NCBI GenBank assembly: GCA_965222505.1
Contig: OZ244956.1
Coordinates: 3,412,674-3,476,673 of the forward strand
Length of the DNA stretch: 64,000 bases
Direction: 5' to 3'
DNA from: Rhodothermales bacterium
GTDB lineage: Bacteria > Bacteroidota > Rhodothermia > Rhodothermales > DATKEJ01
Numbering within the stretch: position 1 is the first letter of the stretch; each line of letters starts with the position of its first letter. This document shows, one piece after another, positions 31,227-40,815 of this stretch. The notes beneath the pieces were generated by a model. The model searched no databases. It was not told the origin of the DNA and saw nothing but the letters and a program-made list of their open reading frames with translations. The translations under genes and the position numbers were made by a program.

Positions 31227-32348
31227 TCACGCTGTCTTTCGATAGCGGGTCACGGCGAGGCTCAGGGCAGTAGCGGCAAACAGCGCCATAGCCCCCAGCG
31301 GGTAGCCGATTTCAGATAAGGTGGTACCTTTCATCAGGACGCCGCGCACGATCACGACAAAATGTTTGATCGGGTTGAATTCGGCCAGCGTTTGTGCCCA
31401 GCCGGGCATCGACTGCGTGGGGGTGAAAATGCCGCCCAAAAAGAGGAAGGTCACCATCACAAAGAACGTCAAAAACTGGGCTTGCTGCTGCGTGGTGGCA
31501 ACGGTAGAAACCAACAGGCCGAGGCCGAGGGCGGCCAGCAGGTAGACGGCCACGGCTAAATATACGATCAACACATTGCCCATAAATGGAATGCCGAACC
31601 CGAACCGGATAATCGCCAATCCAAGGGTCAATTCAATCAAACCCAATACCCAGAACGGGATCAACTTGCCGAGGATAAACTGCCATTTGGTGATCGGCGT
31701 TACATTCAACTGCTCCAGCGTGCCGATCTCTCTCTCCCGTGCGATGTTTTGGGACGTGAGCAACACGCCGACGAGTGTTAAGAGGGCCGCCAACAACCCG
31801 AAGGCCATATAGCCCAGATACTGTCCTTCGGGATTATAAAGTTTGCGGGTACGAATGGTCACGCCTGGCCGACCGGCAGGTCCCGAGGGCATACCCGCCA
31901 GACGTACCCCCTCGGTTCGGGCAAAGGTGTTGATGATCTGACTGGCATACGACTGGACCACGCCTGCCGCAGCGCCGTCTTCGGCATTGAGGACCAGTTG
32001 GATCGTGGGGGAGGTGCCGCGCCGCAAGTCGCGTTCAAAGCCTTCCGGGATGCGGAGGATCGCGTTGGCCGTGCGGGTGAGCAGGGCTTCATCGGCCACA
32101 TCGCCCGAGACGGTCCGCACCACCACATCAAACCGGCCCGTGGCTGTGAAGGCATCGACGAGGGTGTGGGCCGCCGGGGTTCGGTCGGCATCGACGAGAA
32201 CGAGGTCCGTGTGTTTGACCTCGAACGTCATGGCCTGGGCCAGGATGAGGAGTTGAATAAACGGCGGCACAAAGATCAGGAAGATCATGCGCTTGTCGCG
32301 CAGGACCTGCAACACCTCTTTCTGTATGATAAAGCCAACGGTATTCAT
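31227..32348 (-). CDS. ABC-2 type transporter permease
   Basis: 373 aa. N-terminal TM, large loop, then five C-terminal TMs. EREIGTLEQLNVTPI motif typical of YbhS/YbhR-type permeases. Confidence 0.85.
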   Translation of the reverse strand: MNTVGFIIQKEVLQVLRDKRMIFLIFVPPFIQLLILAQAMTFEVKHTDLVLVDADRTPAAHTLVDAFTATGRFDVVVRTVSGDVADEALLTRTANAILRIPEGFERDLRRGTSPTIQLVLNAEDGAAAGVVQSYASQIINTFARTEGVRLAGMPSGPAGRPGVTIRTRKLYNPEGQYLGYMAFGLLAALLTLVGVLLTSQNIAREREIGTLEQLNVTPITKWQFILGKLIPFWVLGLIELTLGLAIIRFGFGIPFMGNVLIVYLAVAVYLLAALGLGLLVSTVATTQQQAQFLTFFVMVTFLFLGGIFTPTQSMPGWAQTLAEFNPIKHFVVIVRGVLMKGTTLSEIGYPLGAMALFAATALSLAVTRYRKTA

Positions 32349-32383
32349 TTATGTGCGGAGTGATTTCATCTCGTCAGGGTTTA

Positions 32384-33481
32384 TTAATGTTCGATGCGGT
32401 CGGGGAAGTTGCGGGCGCTGAGGGCCAGCAGTACGGCAGCCATGCCGCCGAGAATCAGGAGTTCTTGCCAGAGGATGGACAGGCCGACCCCCTTGAGCAT
32501 GATGCCCCTAACGATGATGATGAACCAGGTGGCCGGAACAATGTTGGTAAACGGCTGCAACCACACGGGCATGCTCGAAATCGGGAAGATGAAGCCGGAC
32601 AGGGCAAGCGTGGGCAGCAATAAGCCCAACAAGGCCCCGATCATGGCGGTCCGTTGATCCGGGGCTTTGGTCGAGATCAACACCCCGAGGGCCAGCGCTA
32701 CCAGTACGTAGAGCAGGGAACAAAACAGCAGCAGCAGCAGGCTCCCATTGATGGGCACCTGAAAGACCAACTCCGCTACGATGAGTGTTGTGACGGCGTT
32801 GATGAAGGCCAGCATCAGGTACGGGGCTACCTTGCCGACCACAATCTGAAGCGGCCGAAGCGGTGAAACAAGCAACAGTTCCAGCGTTCCGGTTTCCTTT
32901 TCCTTGGCGATAGAAATTGCCGTCATTAGTGCCGAAACCAACGTCAGGACAAAGGCCAACAAGCCGGGCACAAACAGGTTTTGACTTTCGAGCGTCGGGT
33001 TGAAACGCATCCGTGTGGAGGTGCGAATGAGGACGTGGCCCCCCGCTGTTTCCGCTTGCCAGCCCTGAATGACGGCAGAGATATACGCCTCAATGGTTTG
33101 GGCAAAGTTGGCGTTGGTGCCATCGGTCAGGATGAGGACATCAGCGGTGCCTCTTGCAAACTGAAGGGCAAAGTCTTCGGGCAACAGCAGCACGGCATCC
33201 GCATCGCCCCGGCGCAAAAGGGCCTCCACCCCTGCGGTTGCCGTTTGAATGGCAACAGGTTGGAGCGAAGGCGTTGCGTGCAGCTTACGGATCAGGTCGG
33301 CACTGCGGGAATCCTGTGCACCATCCACAATGACAATCCGCACATTTTCAATGTCGGTGCGGATGGCAAAGCCGAAGAGCAACACCATAATCACCGGCAG
33401 CATCAGCAGCACCGTCAGCGTCTGCCGATCCCGCAGGATGTGGCGGGTTTCCTTAAGCACAAAGCTTCGGAACGTACCCAT
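32384..33481 (-). CDS. ABC-2 type transporter permease
   Basis: 365 aa paralog. EKETGTLELLLVSPL motif and the same topology. Confidence 0.85.
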   Translation of the reverse strand: MGTFRSFVLKETRHILRDRQTLTVLLMLPVIMVLLFGFAIRTDIENVRIVIVDGAQDSRSADLIRKLHATPSLQPVAIQTATAGVEALLRRGDADAVLLLPEDFALQFARGTADVLILTDGTNANFAQTIEAYISAVIQGWQAETAGGHVLIRTSTRMRFNPTLESQNLFVPGLLAFVLTLVSALMTAISIAKEKETGTLELLLVSPLRPLQIVVGKVAPYLMLAFINAVTTLIVAELVFQVPINGSLLLLLFCSLLYVLVALALGVLISTKAPDQRTAMIGALLGLLLPTLALSGFIFPISSMPVWLQPFTNIVPATWFIIIVRGIMLKGVGLSILWQELLILGGMAAVLLALSARNFPDRIEH

Positions 33482-33486
33482 AGGTG

Positions 33487-34233
33487 TTATTCTTTGGGAC
33501 GGGCGAGGCGAACAAATACCTCATCCATTGAGGTTACGTTAAACTGTTGAGTAAGGGCAGCAGGAGAGCCGAGGGCGGCAATCTTGCCGTCGACCATGAT
33601 CGAGACCCGGTCGCAATATTCGGCTTCGTCCATGTAGTGTGTGGTTACGAAAACCGTGGTGCCCCGTGCGGCGGCTTCATAGATCAATTCCCAGAACTCT
33701 CGGCGCGTGGCCGGGTCCACACCACCGGTCGGTTCATCCAGGAAAACGACGCCGGGTTCATGCAGCAGGGCCACGGAGAAAGCGAGCTTTTGCTTCCAGC
33801 CCAGCGGGAGCCGCCCGACGCGTTCATCGGACAGGTCTTCAAACCCGAGGCGTTCCAGCATGGCCTGCCGGCGGGCACGAAGCTGTTTGCCTTTCAGGCC
33901 GTACACCCCGCCATAAAACCGGACGTTTTCGGCCACGGTGAGGTCGTCGTACAGGGCAAAACGCTGGCTCATGTAGCCGATGCGGCGCTTGATTTCATCA
34001 GGGTCTTCGGCCACGCTGTAGCCTAACACACCGGCATCGCCTTCCGTTGGGGTAAGGAGGCCGGTGAGCATTTTGATGGCCGTTGTTTTGCCTGCCCCGT
34101 TGGCCCCAAGAAAGCCGAAGACCTCACCGGGTGCAACTGCAAACGAGATCCGGTCCACCGCCGTAAAGGTGCCGAATCGCCGGGTTAAGTCCTCGGCCCA
34201 AACGGCGGCATCGGTATGGTTCAGGGCAGGCAA
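33487..34233 (-). CDS. ABC transporter ATP-binding protein
   Basis: GFLGANGAGKTT (Walker A), LPLGWKQKLAFSVALL (signature-like), VVFLDEPTGGVD (Walker B). The start codon is TTG, immediately after an in-frame TAA. Confidence 0.9.
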   Translation of the reverse strand: MPALNHTDAAVWAEDLTRRFGTFTAVDRISFAVAPGEVFGFLGANGAGKTTAIKMLTGLLTPTEGDAGVLGYSVAEDPDEIKRRIGYMSQRFALYDDLTVAENVRFYGGVYGLKGKQLRARRQAMLERLGFEDLSDERVGRLPLGWKQKLAFSVALLHEPGVVFLDEPTGGVDPATRREFWELIYEAAARGTTVFVTTHYMDEAEYCDRVSIMVDGKIAALGSPAALTQQFNVTSMDEVFVRLARPKE

Positions 34234-34278
34234 TTATTCGTTGGTTTTGAGGTTGGACAGCGCTAACGTTTTCCATAT

Positions 34279-34353
34279 GGTCGTGCCCGAAATGGGATCG
34301 CCACAACCCGGTGTAACCGGGTTTCGCGATGACACGAGGAAATGGCACAGACC
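34279..34353. other. Extended imperfect hairpin inside the 254-bp spacer between the two ABC ATPase genes
   Basis: Core AACCCGG-tgtaa-CCGGGTT (34305-34323). It is flanked by GATCGC/GCGAT(g) and GTGCC(34283-87)/GGCAC(34344-48). Confidence 0.5.
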
Positions 34354-34486
34354 TTCCCACTTGTCACGGCGAGGAATGAAATGACGTGGCCGCCCCATTA
34401 CGACCGGACGCGCTCTGGATGAGAGCGCTATACCTTGGCTACACCGAAGTTCGTGATCACCTGGAAATAAGAATATGGTAGACATA

Positions 34487-35461
34487 TCAGGTGTTGATTT
34501 CTTCCGAGGTTGTCATTTTCGCCATGAAGACGTCTTCGATCGAGGGGGTGGCTTGTTCAACCCGAGCCTCGGGCCGGCCTTGTTCGGCGAGTTGTTGCCG
34601 GAGTGTATGCATCCATGTGGTTTGTTGGGCAGGGGCGGTTTCACCGGTCACATGAATCCACGCCCCGAAAACTTCGGCACGGGCCACGCCGTCGAGTTGG
34701 CGCAGGGCCGTGAGCAACTTGATCCGTGGGCCCGGCGCTTGCACGCGGGCAAGCGGTGCCGTGAAACTGGCAGCTACGGCATCCGGGGTATCCGGTGGGC
34801 CGAGCAAAAGACCGTCTTGCATGAGGGCGATGCGGTCACACCGGGCTGCCTCGTCCATATAAGGGGTGGACACGATGGTCGTAATGCCGCCGGCCTTGAA
34901 CGCGGCCAGGATGTCCCAGAATTCGGAACGGGAGACGGCATCTACGCCGGTCGTGGGTTCGTCCAGCACAAGTACACGGGGCCGGTGAATGAGGGCACAG
35001 GAGAGGGCTAGTTTCTGTTTCATGCCGCCGGAGAGCGCACCGGCCCGGCGGGTGGCGAACGGTTCGATCTGTGCATAGATCGGGGCGATCATGTCGTATT
35101 CAGCCGCGATGGTTGTCCCGAATACCGAGGCAAAAAACTCCAGATTTTCCCGCACGGTGAGGTCCGGGTAAAGGGAGAACCGTCCGGGCATGTAACCGAT
35201 GCGCTGGCGGATGGTGCGGTAGTCTTGTACCACATCTAGACCATCCACCGTGGCCGAGCCTTGGTCCGGGGTAATGACCGTTACCAGAATCCGAAACAGG
35301 GTGGATTTACCGGCCCCGTCCGGCCCGATGACGCCGAACAACTCACCGGGCCTCACATCAAGCGAGATCCCGCCGAGGGCTTCGGTGGTGCCGTACCGCT
35401 TGACCAGGTCGCAGACCTGAATCGACGCGGGGTTTTCGATACGGGTAACCGGGCTGGGCAT
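34487..35461 (-). CDS. ABC transporter ATP-binding protein with a ~90-aa C-terminal extension
   Basis: GVIGPDGAGKST, LSGGMKQKLALSCALI, VLVLDEPTTGVD. ATG 35461 lies 4 nt after the HlyD stop. Confidence 0.9.
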   Translation of the reverse strand: MPSPVTRIENPASIQVCDLVKRYGTTEALGGISLDVRPGELFGVIGPDGAGKSTLFRILVTVITPDQGSATVDGLDVVQDYRTIRQRIGYMPGRFSLYPDLTVRENLEFFASVFGTTIAAEYDMIAPIYAQIEPFATRRAGALSGGMKQKLALSCALIHRPRVLVLDEPTTGVDAVSRSEFWDILAAFKAGGITTIVSTPYMDEAARCDRIALMQDGLLLGPPDTPDAVAASFTAPLARVQAPGPRIKLLTALRQLDGVARAEVFGAWIHVTGETAPAQQTTWMHTLRQQLAEQGRPEARVEQATPSIEDVFMAKMTTSEEINT

Positions 35462-35465
35462 TGTG

Positions 35466-36458
35466 CTACTCTTCGGTTGTATCGGGGAAACGCACCTCGC
35501 CGGGCATGCCGATTTTGAGGCGGCCATCGACATTGGGGGTACGTACGTCAAAAGCATAGACCAACTCGGCCCGCTCGTCCCGTGTCTGAATGGGCGTCGG
35601 GGTAAACTCAGCCTGCGGGGCGATGAACGTGATAGTGCCTTGCCGGCTTTCCAGCCCGCCGCTGCCGTCGTCGATCAGGACCTCAACGGTCATGCCAGCT
35701 TTGAGGCGGGGCAACTGGTTACCGGTAGCATAGGCGCGGAGCGTCAACGGATCGAGGTCGGCGATGGTGTAGAGGGGGCTGCCCGTACGCACCACCTCTC
35801 CGGCGCGGACAAGGACCGTCAGCACGGTACCGGCGCGAGGGTTGGTCAGGGTCGCGTCCTCCAGCCGGTCTGCGATTTGCCGGAGTTGGGCATCGAAGGC
35901 GGCGATCTGGGCATTCAGGGCATTGGCCTGTGCGGTGTACACTTGGGCTTGGGCACGGGCCGTTCGGATGCGGGCCTGGGCTTGTTGCACCTGGGCGGTC
36001 AGTTGATCGACGGTGCCCTCGCGTTGGGTGAGTTCTCGGGCGGTCGCCGCCTGGGCTTCGGCGAGGCGACGGGTACGGTCGCGCTCTGTGGTCGCCGTTG
36101 CAAGTTGGACGGCCCACGCCTGGGCCTGGGCATCCGCTTCGGCAATTTGAGCGCGTGCGGCCCGTTCCTGGGCATACAGGGCTTGTTGCTGGGCTTTCAG
36201 GTTGCGTTGCTGGGCCAGCAGGTTGTCCTGTTGGGCAGCAAGCTGCGTGGTATCGACTAACCCTACCACGGCACCTGCATCCAGGTGATCGCCTTCGGTA
36301 AGCGTAAAGTCCAGCAAACGGCCATTGGCCTGGGCGGAGACGGTGATTTCTGTGGCCTCGAAGTTGCCGTAGGCATCGGCCTCCGGGTCATCCCCACATC
36401 CTGCCAACACAGCCGACAGGGCAACGAGGGGGGACAGAAGAAGATGACGTAGGGTCAT
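35466..36458 (-). CDS. HlyD family membrane-fusion (periplasmic adaptor) lipoprotein
   Basis: Lipobox LSAVLAGCG. Long Ala/Gln coiled-coil. C-terminus FTPTPIQTRDERAELVYAFDV...GMPGEV. ATG 36458. Confidence 0.85.
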   Translation of the reverse strand: MTLRHLLLSPLVALSAVLAGCGDDPEADAYGNFEATEITVSAQANGRLLDFTLTEGDHLDAGAVVGLVDTTQLAAQQDNLLAQQRNLKAQQQALYAQERAARAQIAEADAQAQAWAVQLATATTERDRTRRLAEAQAATARELTQREGTVDQLTAQVQQAQARIRTARAQAQVYTAQANALNAQIAAFDAQLRQIADRLEDATLTNPRAGTVLTVLVRAGEVVRTGSPLYTIADLDPLTLRAYATGNQLPRLKAGMTVEVLIDDGSGGLESRQGTITFIAPQAEFTPTPIQTRDERAELVYAFDVRTPNVDGRLKIGMPGEVRFPDTTEE

Positions 36459-36468
36459 GACGGGCAGA

Positions 36469-37815
36469 TTAGGGGGTGGAGGTATCGGTGCGGGTTTCAC
36501 CCGGAAAATGGCCGAGTGCCGACAACAGCCGGGCCTGGGCACGGGCCTGTTCGATGCGGTGTCTCTGGAGGGACAAACGGGCAGCGGCAAGGTCGGAGAG
36601 CCGGTCGGCATACAGGGCGGGCAGGAGCACGCCTTCTTCGAGTTGCCGCTGGGCAACTTCCAGGATCTGCTCCCGCAGGGCGATGTGCCGCAGGTCGTCG
36701 GTCAGGGTGCGTTTGAGGCGTTTTAGGGTGGTCTGTTCATCCTGAACGTCACGGTGGATGCGGCGCTTGAGGGCATCGGCATCGTGTGCGGTGATCGTTG
36801 CCTGTTGCCGCAAGACGCGGGCCGTGCGGCGGGCTTGGCCCCAATCGAATACATTCCACCGCAGCCGTACCCCGGCGATGCCGAATTCGTTCAGTTCATC
36901 ACTCAGGAAATTAAAAGGCCCTGGCCGCCCCACACCGGCTTGCCCAAATACACTCAACTGGGGAAGCAACTTGGTGGTAACTACGCGGGCCTCCGCTTCC
37001 AGGCGGGCTTGCCGTTGATCCAGCAACTGAAGTTCTTGCGTCTGGATGGAGACCTCCGAAGTTGAGCCGGAGGGGGGATGGACGGCAGACAGAGGCCCGG
37101 TAAGGTCTGGCACGGCCAGTACCGTTGTGGGGGGAAGCGTTTGGCCCAGAAATCCGCCCAGTACACCCAGCGCCGCCAGCCGATGGGCCTCGGCTTCTTC
37201 AATTTGTTGGCGAAGCTGGATCTGTTCGGCCTCCAGCGCGGCGGCATCCGAAGGCAAGGCCACGCTGTCCCGGACGTGTGCCTGCACGAGTTTGAGCCGG
37301 GCTGCCAGATCCTCAACCGATAGTCTGAGCGCTTCGGCCTGAACCTGAAAAAGCAGGGCGGCGAAGTACGTCTCGGTAGCTCCATCGCGTAGCGCTTTCA
37401 AGGATACCTCAACCCCGGCGATCTGCTCGGCCAGCCGTGCCCGTTCCGCTGCTGCTTCCCGTCCTGGCCGACCTCCACTAAGGAGCAGCCAGTCTACTTC
37501 GGCCTGGACGCGGTATTGGGACAGCGGAGGACCCAGCGTCATGCCGGTAGGGAAGTCGATGGAGATTGTTTCGTTTTGCCGAGTGGCGAGGGCCGTGACG
37601 GCCACCTGGGGCAGCCGCTGCATCTTCAGGTTTTGTCGACGCAGGCGCGAGGCCTCGGCCAGCAGGGACGGCTGGATGGCACGCGGATCCTGCTCAGCCG
37701 CCAGGGTTCGGACCTCAAAGAGGTTGAGCGTATCGGCTTGCATCCCGCTTTGCGTCGGTGGTCCGTCTGATACGGGGCCGCATGCAAGGAGCACGCAGAA
37801 GGCAAAGAAAAACAT
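36469..37815 (-). CDS. TolC family outer-membrane efflux protein
   Basis: 448 aa with a signal peptide. Two repeated alpha-helical/beta regions typical of the TolC/OEP family. Operon context. Confidence 0.8.
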   Translation of the reverse strand: MFFFAFCVLLACGPVSDGPPTQSGMQADTLNLFEVRTLAAEQDPRAIQPSLLAEASRLRRQNLKMQRLPQVAVTALATRQNETISIDFPTGMTLGPPLSQYRVQAEVDWLLLSGGRPGREAAAERARLAEQIAGVEVSLKALRDGATETYFAALLFQVQAEALRLSVEDLAARLKLVQAHVRDSVALPSDAAALEAEQIQLRQQIEEAEAHRLAALGVLGGFLGQTLPPTTVLAVPDLTGPLSAVHPPSGSTSEVSIQTQELQLLDQRQARLEAEARVVTTKLLPQLSVFGQAGVGRPGPFNFLSDELNEFGIAGVRLRWNVFDWGQARRTARVLRQQATITAHDADALKRRIHRDVQDEQTTLKRLKRTLTDDLRHIALREQILEVAQRQLEEGVLLPALYADRLSDLAAARLSLQRHRIEQARAQARLLSALGHFPGETRTDTSTP

Positions 37816-37830
37816 GGCAATACGGATGGT

Positions 37831-38475
37831 TTACAGACTGAGGCCACGCAGGATGAAGTCGGCCAGATCCTCACGGCGGCGGTCCAGCATGGCGGCACGG
37901 GCGGTTTCGTCAAGGCCGAGGATGAGTTCGATCATGCCGGCAGCGGCAAACGGATAGACGAGCGTCGACATCAACAGGACGATCAGGTCTTCGGCTTTTG
38001 TGGGGCGCAAACGCCCGGCCTCGGCTTCGGCATCCAGTTGGTGTTGCAGCTTTGCGAGTACCACCGACTGGATCTGTTGAAGCGGCACGATCTGCGTGAC
38101 CAACGTCTTCAGGCGGGTCGGATGGTATTGCAACTCGGCCAGGACGTACAGCGGCAAAAAAGGGTTGGCTGAGAGGGTTTCAATTTCGAAATCTACAACC
38201 TGGGTCAGCTTTTCCCGAAGGGGGAGATCAGAGGCCAGGGTTTGCAACAGCCGGGGAAACAGGGATTGTGCAGCCCGGATGAACACGGCCTCGGCCAGCT
38301 TTTGCTTGGAGCGAAAGTAATAGTTGATCAGCGCCCGGTTGACCCCGGCTGCTTCGGCAATGTCCTGCGTCCGTGCTCCTGCAATGCCCCGGCGCACAAA
38401 CACCTGCTGCGCCGCCGCCAGAATGCGGTTCTCGGTCTGTTGATCATCGGGCGCTTGAATCGTCTCCTGTGGCAT
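37831..38475 (-). CDS. TetR/AcrR family transcriptional regulator
   Basis: ILAAAQQVFVRRGIAGARTQDIAEAAGVNRALINYYFRSK (TetR HTH). ATG 38475; the track start is TTG 38496. Confidence 0.9.
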   Translation of the reverse strand: MPQETIQAPDDQQTENRILAAAQQVFVRRGIAGARTQDIAEAAGVNRALINYYFRSKQKLAEAVFIRAAQSLFPRLLQTLASDLPLREKLTQVVDFEIETLSANPFLPLYVLAELQYHPTRLKTLVTQIVPLQQIQSVVLAKLQHQLDAEAEAGRLRPTKAEDLIVLLMSTLVYPFAAAGMIELILGLDETARAAMLDRRREDLADFILRGLSL

Positions 38476-38541
38476 ACCCCAGAGGCCGTCGGCCAATTAG
38501 AAACGTGGTGGTTCGTATAATTTATGACTTAAACGGCTTGT

Positions 38542-38557
38542 TTAACCATTTGGTTAA
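38542..38557. promoter_or_regulatory. Palindrome TTAACCA-tt-TGGTTAA upstream of the TetR-efflux operon (candidate operator)
   Basis: 7-bp perfect inverted arms, 67-82 nt upstream of the TetR ATG, in the only intergenic space ahead of the operon. Confidence 0.45.
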
Positions 38558-38603
38558 TGAATAGTTTCATGATTGGCGTCGATGCCATCTTCCGGTAACA
38601 TTC

Positions 38604-39749
38604 TCAGGGCTTAAACAAGGTCCCGTCGGGTTTGAAGGCAGACCACACGAACCAGAATACGTTGTGGTGTACCACCGGCGCCAACCGACGTCCTTGCATT
38701 GGGCCTTCGACGGCTTCCCCCAGCACGTTCCAGACCGAGCCGGTTTGTTGATCGGTGAATTGATCGTCTTTGCCGCGTTCAAACGTAAACGTCTGGCCGT
38801 CCAGGGTGCGCTGAAAAGCGCCAATGGTACCGATGTCCTTGCCCCGGCTGATTTGTTCGGCATCCAGCGCGGAGGCTGTGCCTTCGGTCCAGAACAAGAC
38901 CACGGGCGTTTCGGCCAGGGTATCGTTGAAGACCTTTTCCTTGCGTAAGGTCCGGCGGCGGTAAGCACGCCCGGTTTCACCGACTTCAATGCCCACCACG
39001 TGTTCCATTGGGCGGAGGGCATTGTCGGTTTCGCCGTCATAGGCCCACGGGCGCTGATCTACATCATCATATCCTTTGTAGGGGTTGCGGCCATAGGGGC
39101 GGGCGTGGCCGGTGTTTTTGGAGAGGACCTGGCCGTCGGGGTGCTCGGTTTTGAAGGTTTTCCAGGCAATGAGGGCGGCGGGAACGGCTTTGAGTTTCGT
39201 ACCGGTCAGTTTGCCCACAATGGCCGCTCCGCTAAACTGTTGCCACCAGGATTCCGTCTGCCGGTCCCACATCACCAGGTCGCTGTTGCGCAAGTTTCCG
39301 CTGGTGCCGAACGTGAGCCGCTGGCCCTCAATTTCCGGACGTTCGTAGACCAGGGCCGCATAACACAACGGGCAAAACGTGACCGTCACGGGCACCCCGC
39401 CCACGTCATCGTTGACGATTTCATGCCACGTCAGAATTTGGAGGGGGTAGGCCCGCACATCGTCTCCGATGCGCAGGAACAGGACCGGCTCCTGGTCTTC
39501 GATCCAGGCATCGGCCTCCTTGGGAGACACAAAGGAAGGCTGGTCGATGGGGGGAATGCCGTCGCGGGGTGGGCCGCCGGAGCGGATCTCGTCGTACGGG
39601 ATGCTATGTTTACAGAAGTCTGTAGCCCAACCGGCGGAAGAAAAACCCAATGTGGAGATCCCGGCAAAAGGATCGGTGCAGTTGGATTGGGCGGCGGCCG
39701 GTCCCGCCATCATCAAAAATAAACCGGATAGCAAAAGGCGAAAACCCAT
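38604..39749 (-). CDS. DUF3179 domain-containing secreted protein
   Basis: RDGIPPIDQPSF, VRAYPLQILTWHEIVNDDVGGVPVTVTFCPLC, FGTSGNLRNSDLVMWD. Signal peptide present. Confidence 0.8.
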   Translation of the reverse strand: MGFRLLLSGLFLMMAGPAAAQSNCTDPFAGISTLGFSSAGWATDFCKHSIPYDEIRSGGPPRDGIPPIDQPSFVSPKEADAWIEDQEPVLFLRIGDDVRAYPLQILTWHEIVNDDVGGVPVTVTFCPLCYAALVYERPEIEGQRLTFGTSGNLRNSDLVMWDRQTESWWQQFSGAAIVGKLTGTKLKAVPAALIAWKTFKTEHPDGQVLSKNTGHARPYGRNPYKGYDDVDQRPWAYDGETDNALRPMEHVVGIEVGETGRAYRRRTLRKEKVFNDTLAETPVVLFWTEGTASALDAEQISRGKDIGTIGAFQRTLDGQTFTFERGKDDQFTDQQTGSVWNVLGEAVEGPMQGRRLAPVVHHNVFWFVWSAFKPDGTLFKP

Positions 39750-39873
39750 ATATCGATCTCATACGTGAACATGTACGGATTCGATACCTCACCCCTAAAA
39801 AACGTTACACCCCGGATGTGGAACGAACCCGCAATCTCTCGTGGTTGCCCGGATATTAAAATACCCTCATCAC

Positions 39874-40635
39874 TCAAAACGAAACCGTCAACGAATTTTG
39901 CAACAGCAGGTCATAGGACTTGAGCGAGACTGGCGGTTCACTGTCGTAGCGATACGTCATGGTCACCCCGAAGGAAATATGATCATTGAGGAGCACGTTC
40001 ATGCTTAGGTCACTGAGGATACGCAAATCGCTCCAATCATCAACGCGGGGCTGTATGTAGAAGGTGGTACCGAGGGTGACGTTGTTTTTGGTTTCGGTCT
40101 GGCCCACAAAGTAGTTGCTCCAGCGCACAACGGTGGAACTCGGATTTTCGGTCGTCACTTTTTTGGGGTTGAGTTCCTCATTCTCAAGCATCGGTGTGGT
40201 GCCGAGGTAGATGCTGGATTTTTCGTCCTTAAAGAGTTTGAACCGCACCCCTGTACCGGCCAGCAGCCGCCGGTTGAGCAGGCGCGTCTCGTCATATTCT
40301 ATCTGTCCAAATACCTCATAAATCAGCCATGTTTTCAGGAAGCCGTTGTACCGAATGTGCCCGAAGCCGTTGTTGACCAGGACGTCTTTGGTGCTCTGTA
40401 AAAACTGAACCTTGCCGATCACGAACCCCTTATGTTTCCCCTTGAAAACGTCCAGCCGACCGTTTAGCCCGATGATGTACAACTCCGTGTTACCCTGTCT
40501 TAATGTGAAGGCGGTACCGAGGGAGCCGTTCACGCCGCGTTCAACCTGCGCACGCATGGCTTCCGTATTGACCTGGGCCGAAAGGGGGGGTGTTGTACCC
40601 AATACAAGTAGCAAGAATAAAAGAAAACGAAGCAT
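39874..40635 (-). CDS. DUF481 (YdiY-like) outer-membrane beta-barrel protein
   Basis: Signal peptide. GNTELYIIGLNGRL..., IEYDETRLLNRRLLAGTGVRFKLF, C-terminal ...NSLTVSF. Confidence 0.6.
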   Translation of the reverse strand: MLRFLLFLLLVLGTTPPLSAQVNTEAMRAQVERGVNGSLGTAFTLRQGNTELYIIGLNGRLDVFKGKHKGFVIGKVQFLQSTKDVLVNNGFGHIRYNGFLKTWLIYEVFGQIEYDETRLLNRRLLAGTGVRFKLFKDEKSSIYLGTTPMLENEELNPKKVTTENPSSTVVRWSNYFVGQTETKNNVTLGTTFYIQPRVDDWSDLRILSDLSMNVLLNDHISFGVTMTYRYDSEPPVSLKSYDLLLQNSLTVSF

Positions 40636-40815
40636 ATTTTCGTGCGGAGTTTGGGGATGCAGCGATCATCGAATGACCGGGCGGGCACAAGACCTGCCCG
40701 TCCCCATTTGCCCATCAAAACGATCGCGCCCCAGGAGGGGGCGGCCTTGTGCCGACCCGGGTATGGGAATGTCTCGGCCTTTGCCATATATCGCGATGGT
40801 TCAACCCGAAACAGG

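Noticed and set aside
34234-34485. The 83-aa ORF that exactly fills the ABC ATPase spacer, considered as a real protein-coding gene.
   Set aside because: Its composition (Cys/Arg/Pro/Gly-rich, no hydrophobic core or motif) is unlike the surrounding genes, and the DNA is hairpin-rich. It is kept as a finding about the spacer, not called as a CDS.
38517-38522. TATAAT hexamer near the TetR operator, considered as a -10 box.
   Set aside because: It is on the plus strand, whereas both neighbouring genes are on the minus strand. No matching -35 was found, and the promoter consensus of this lineage is unknown to me.
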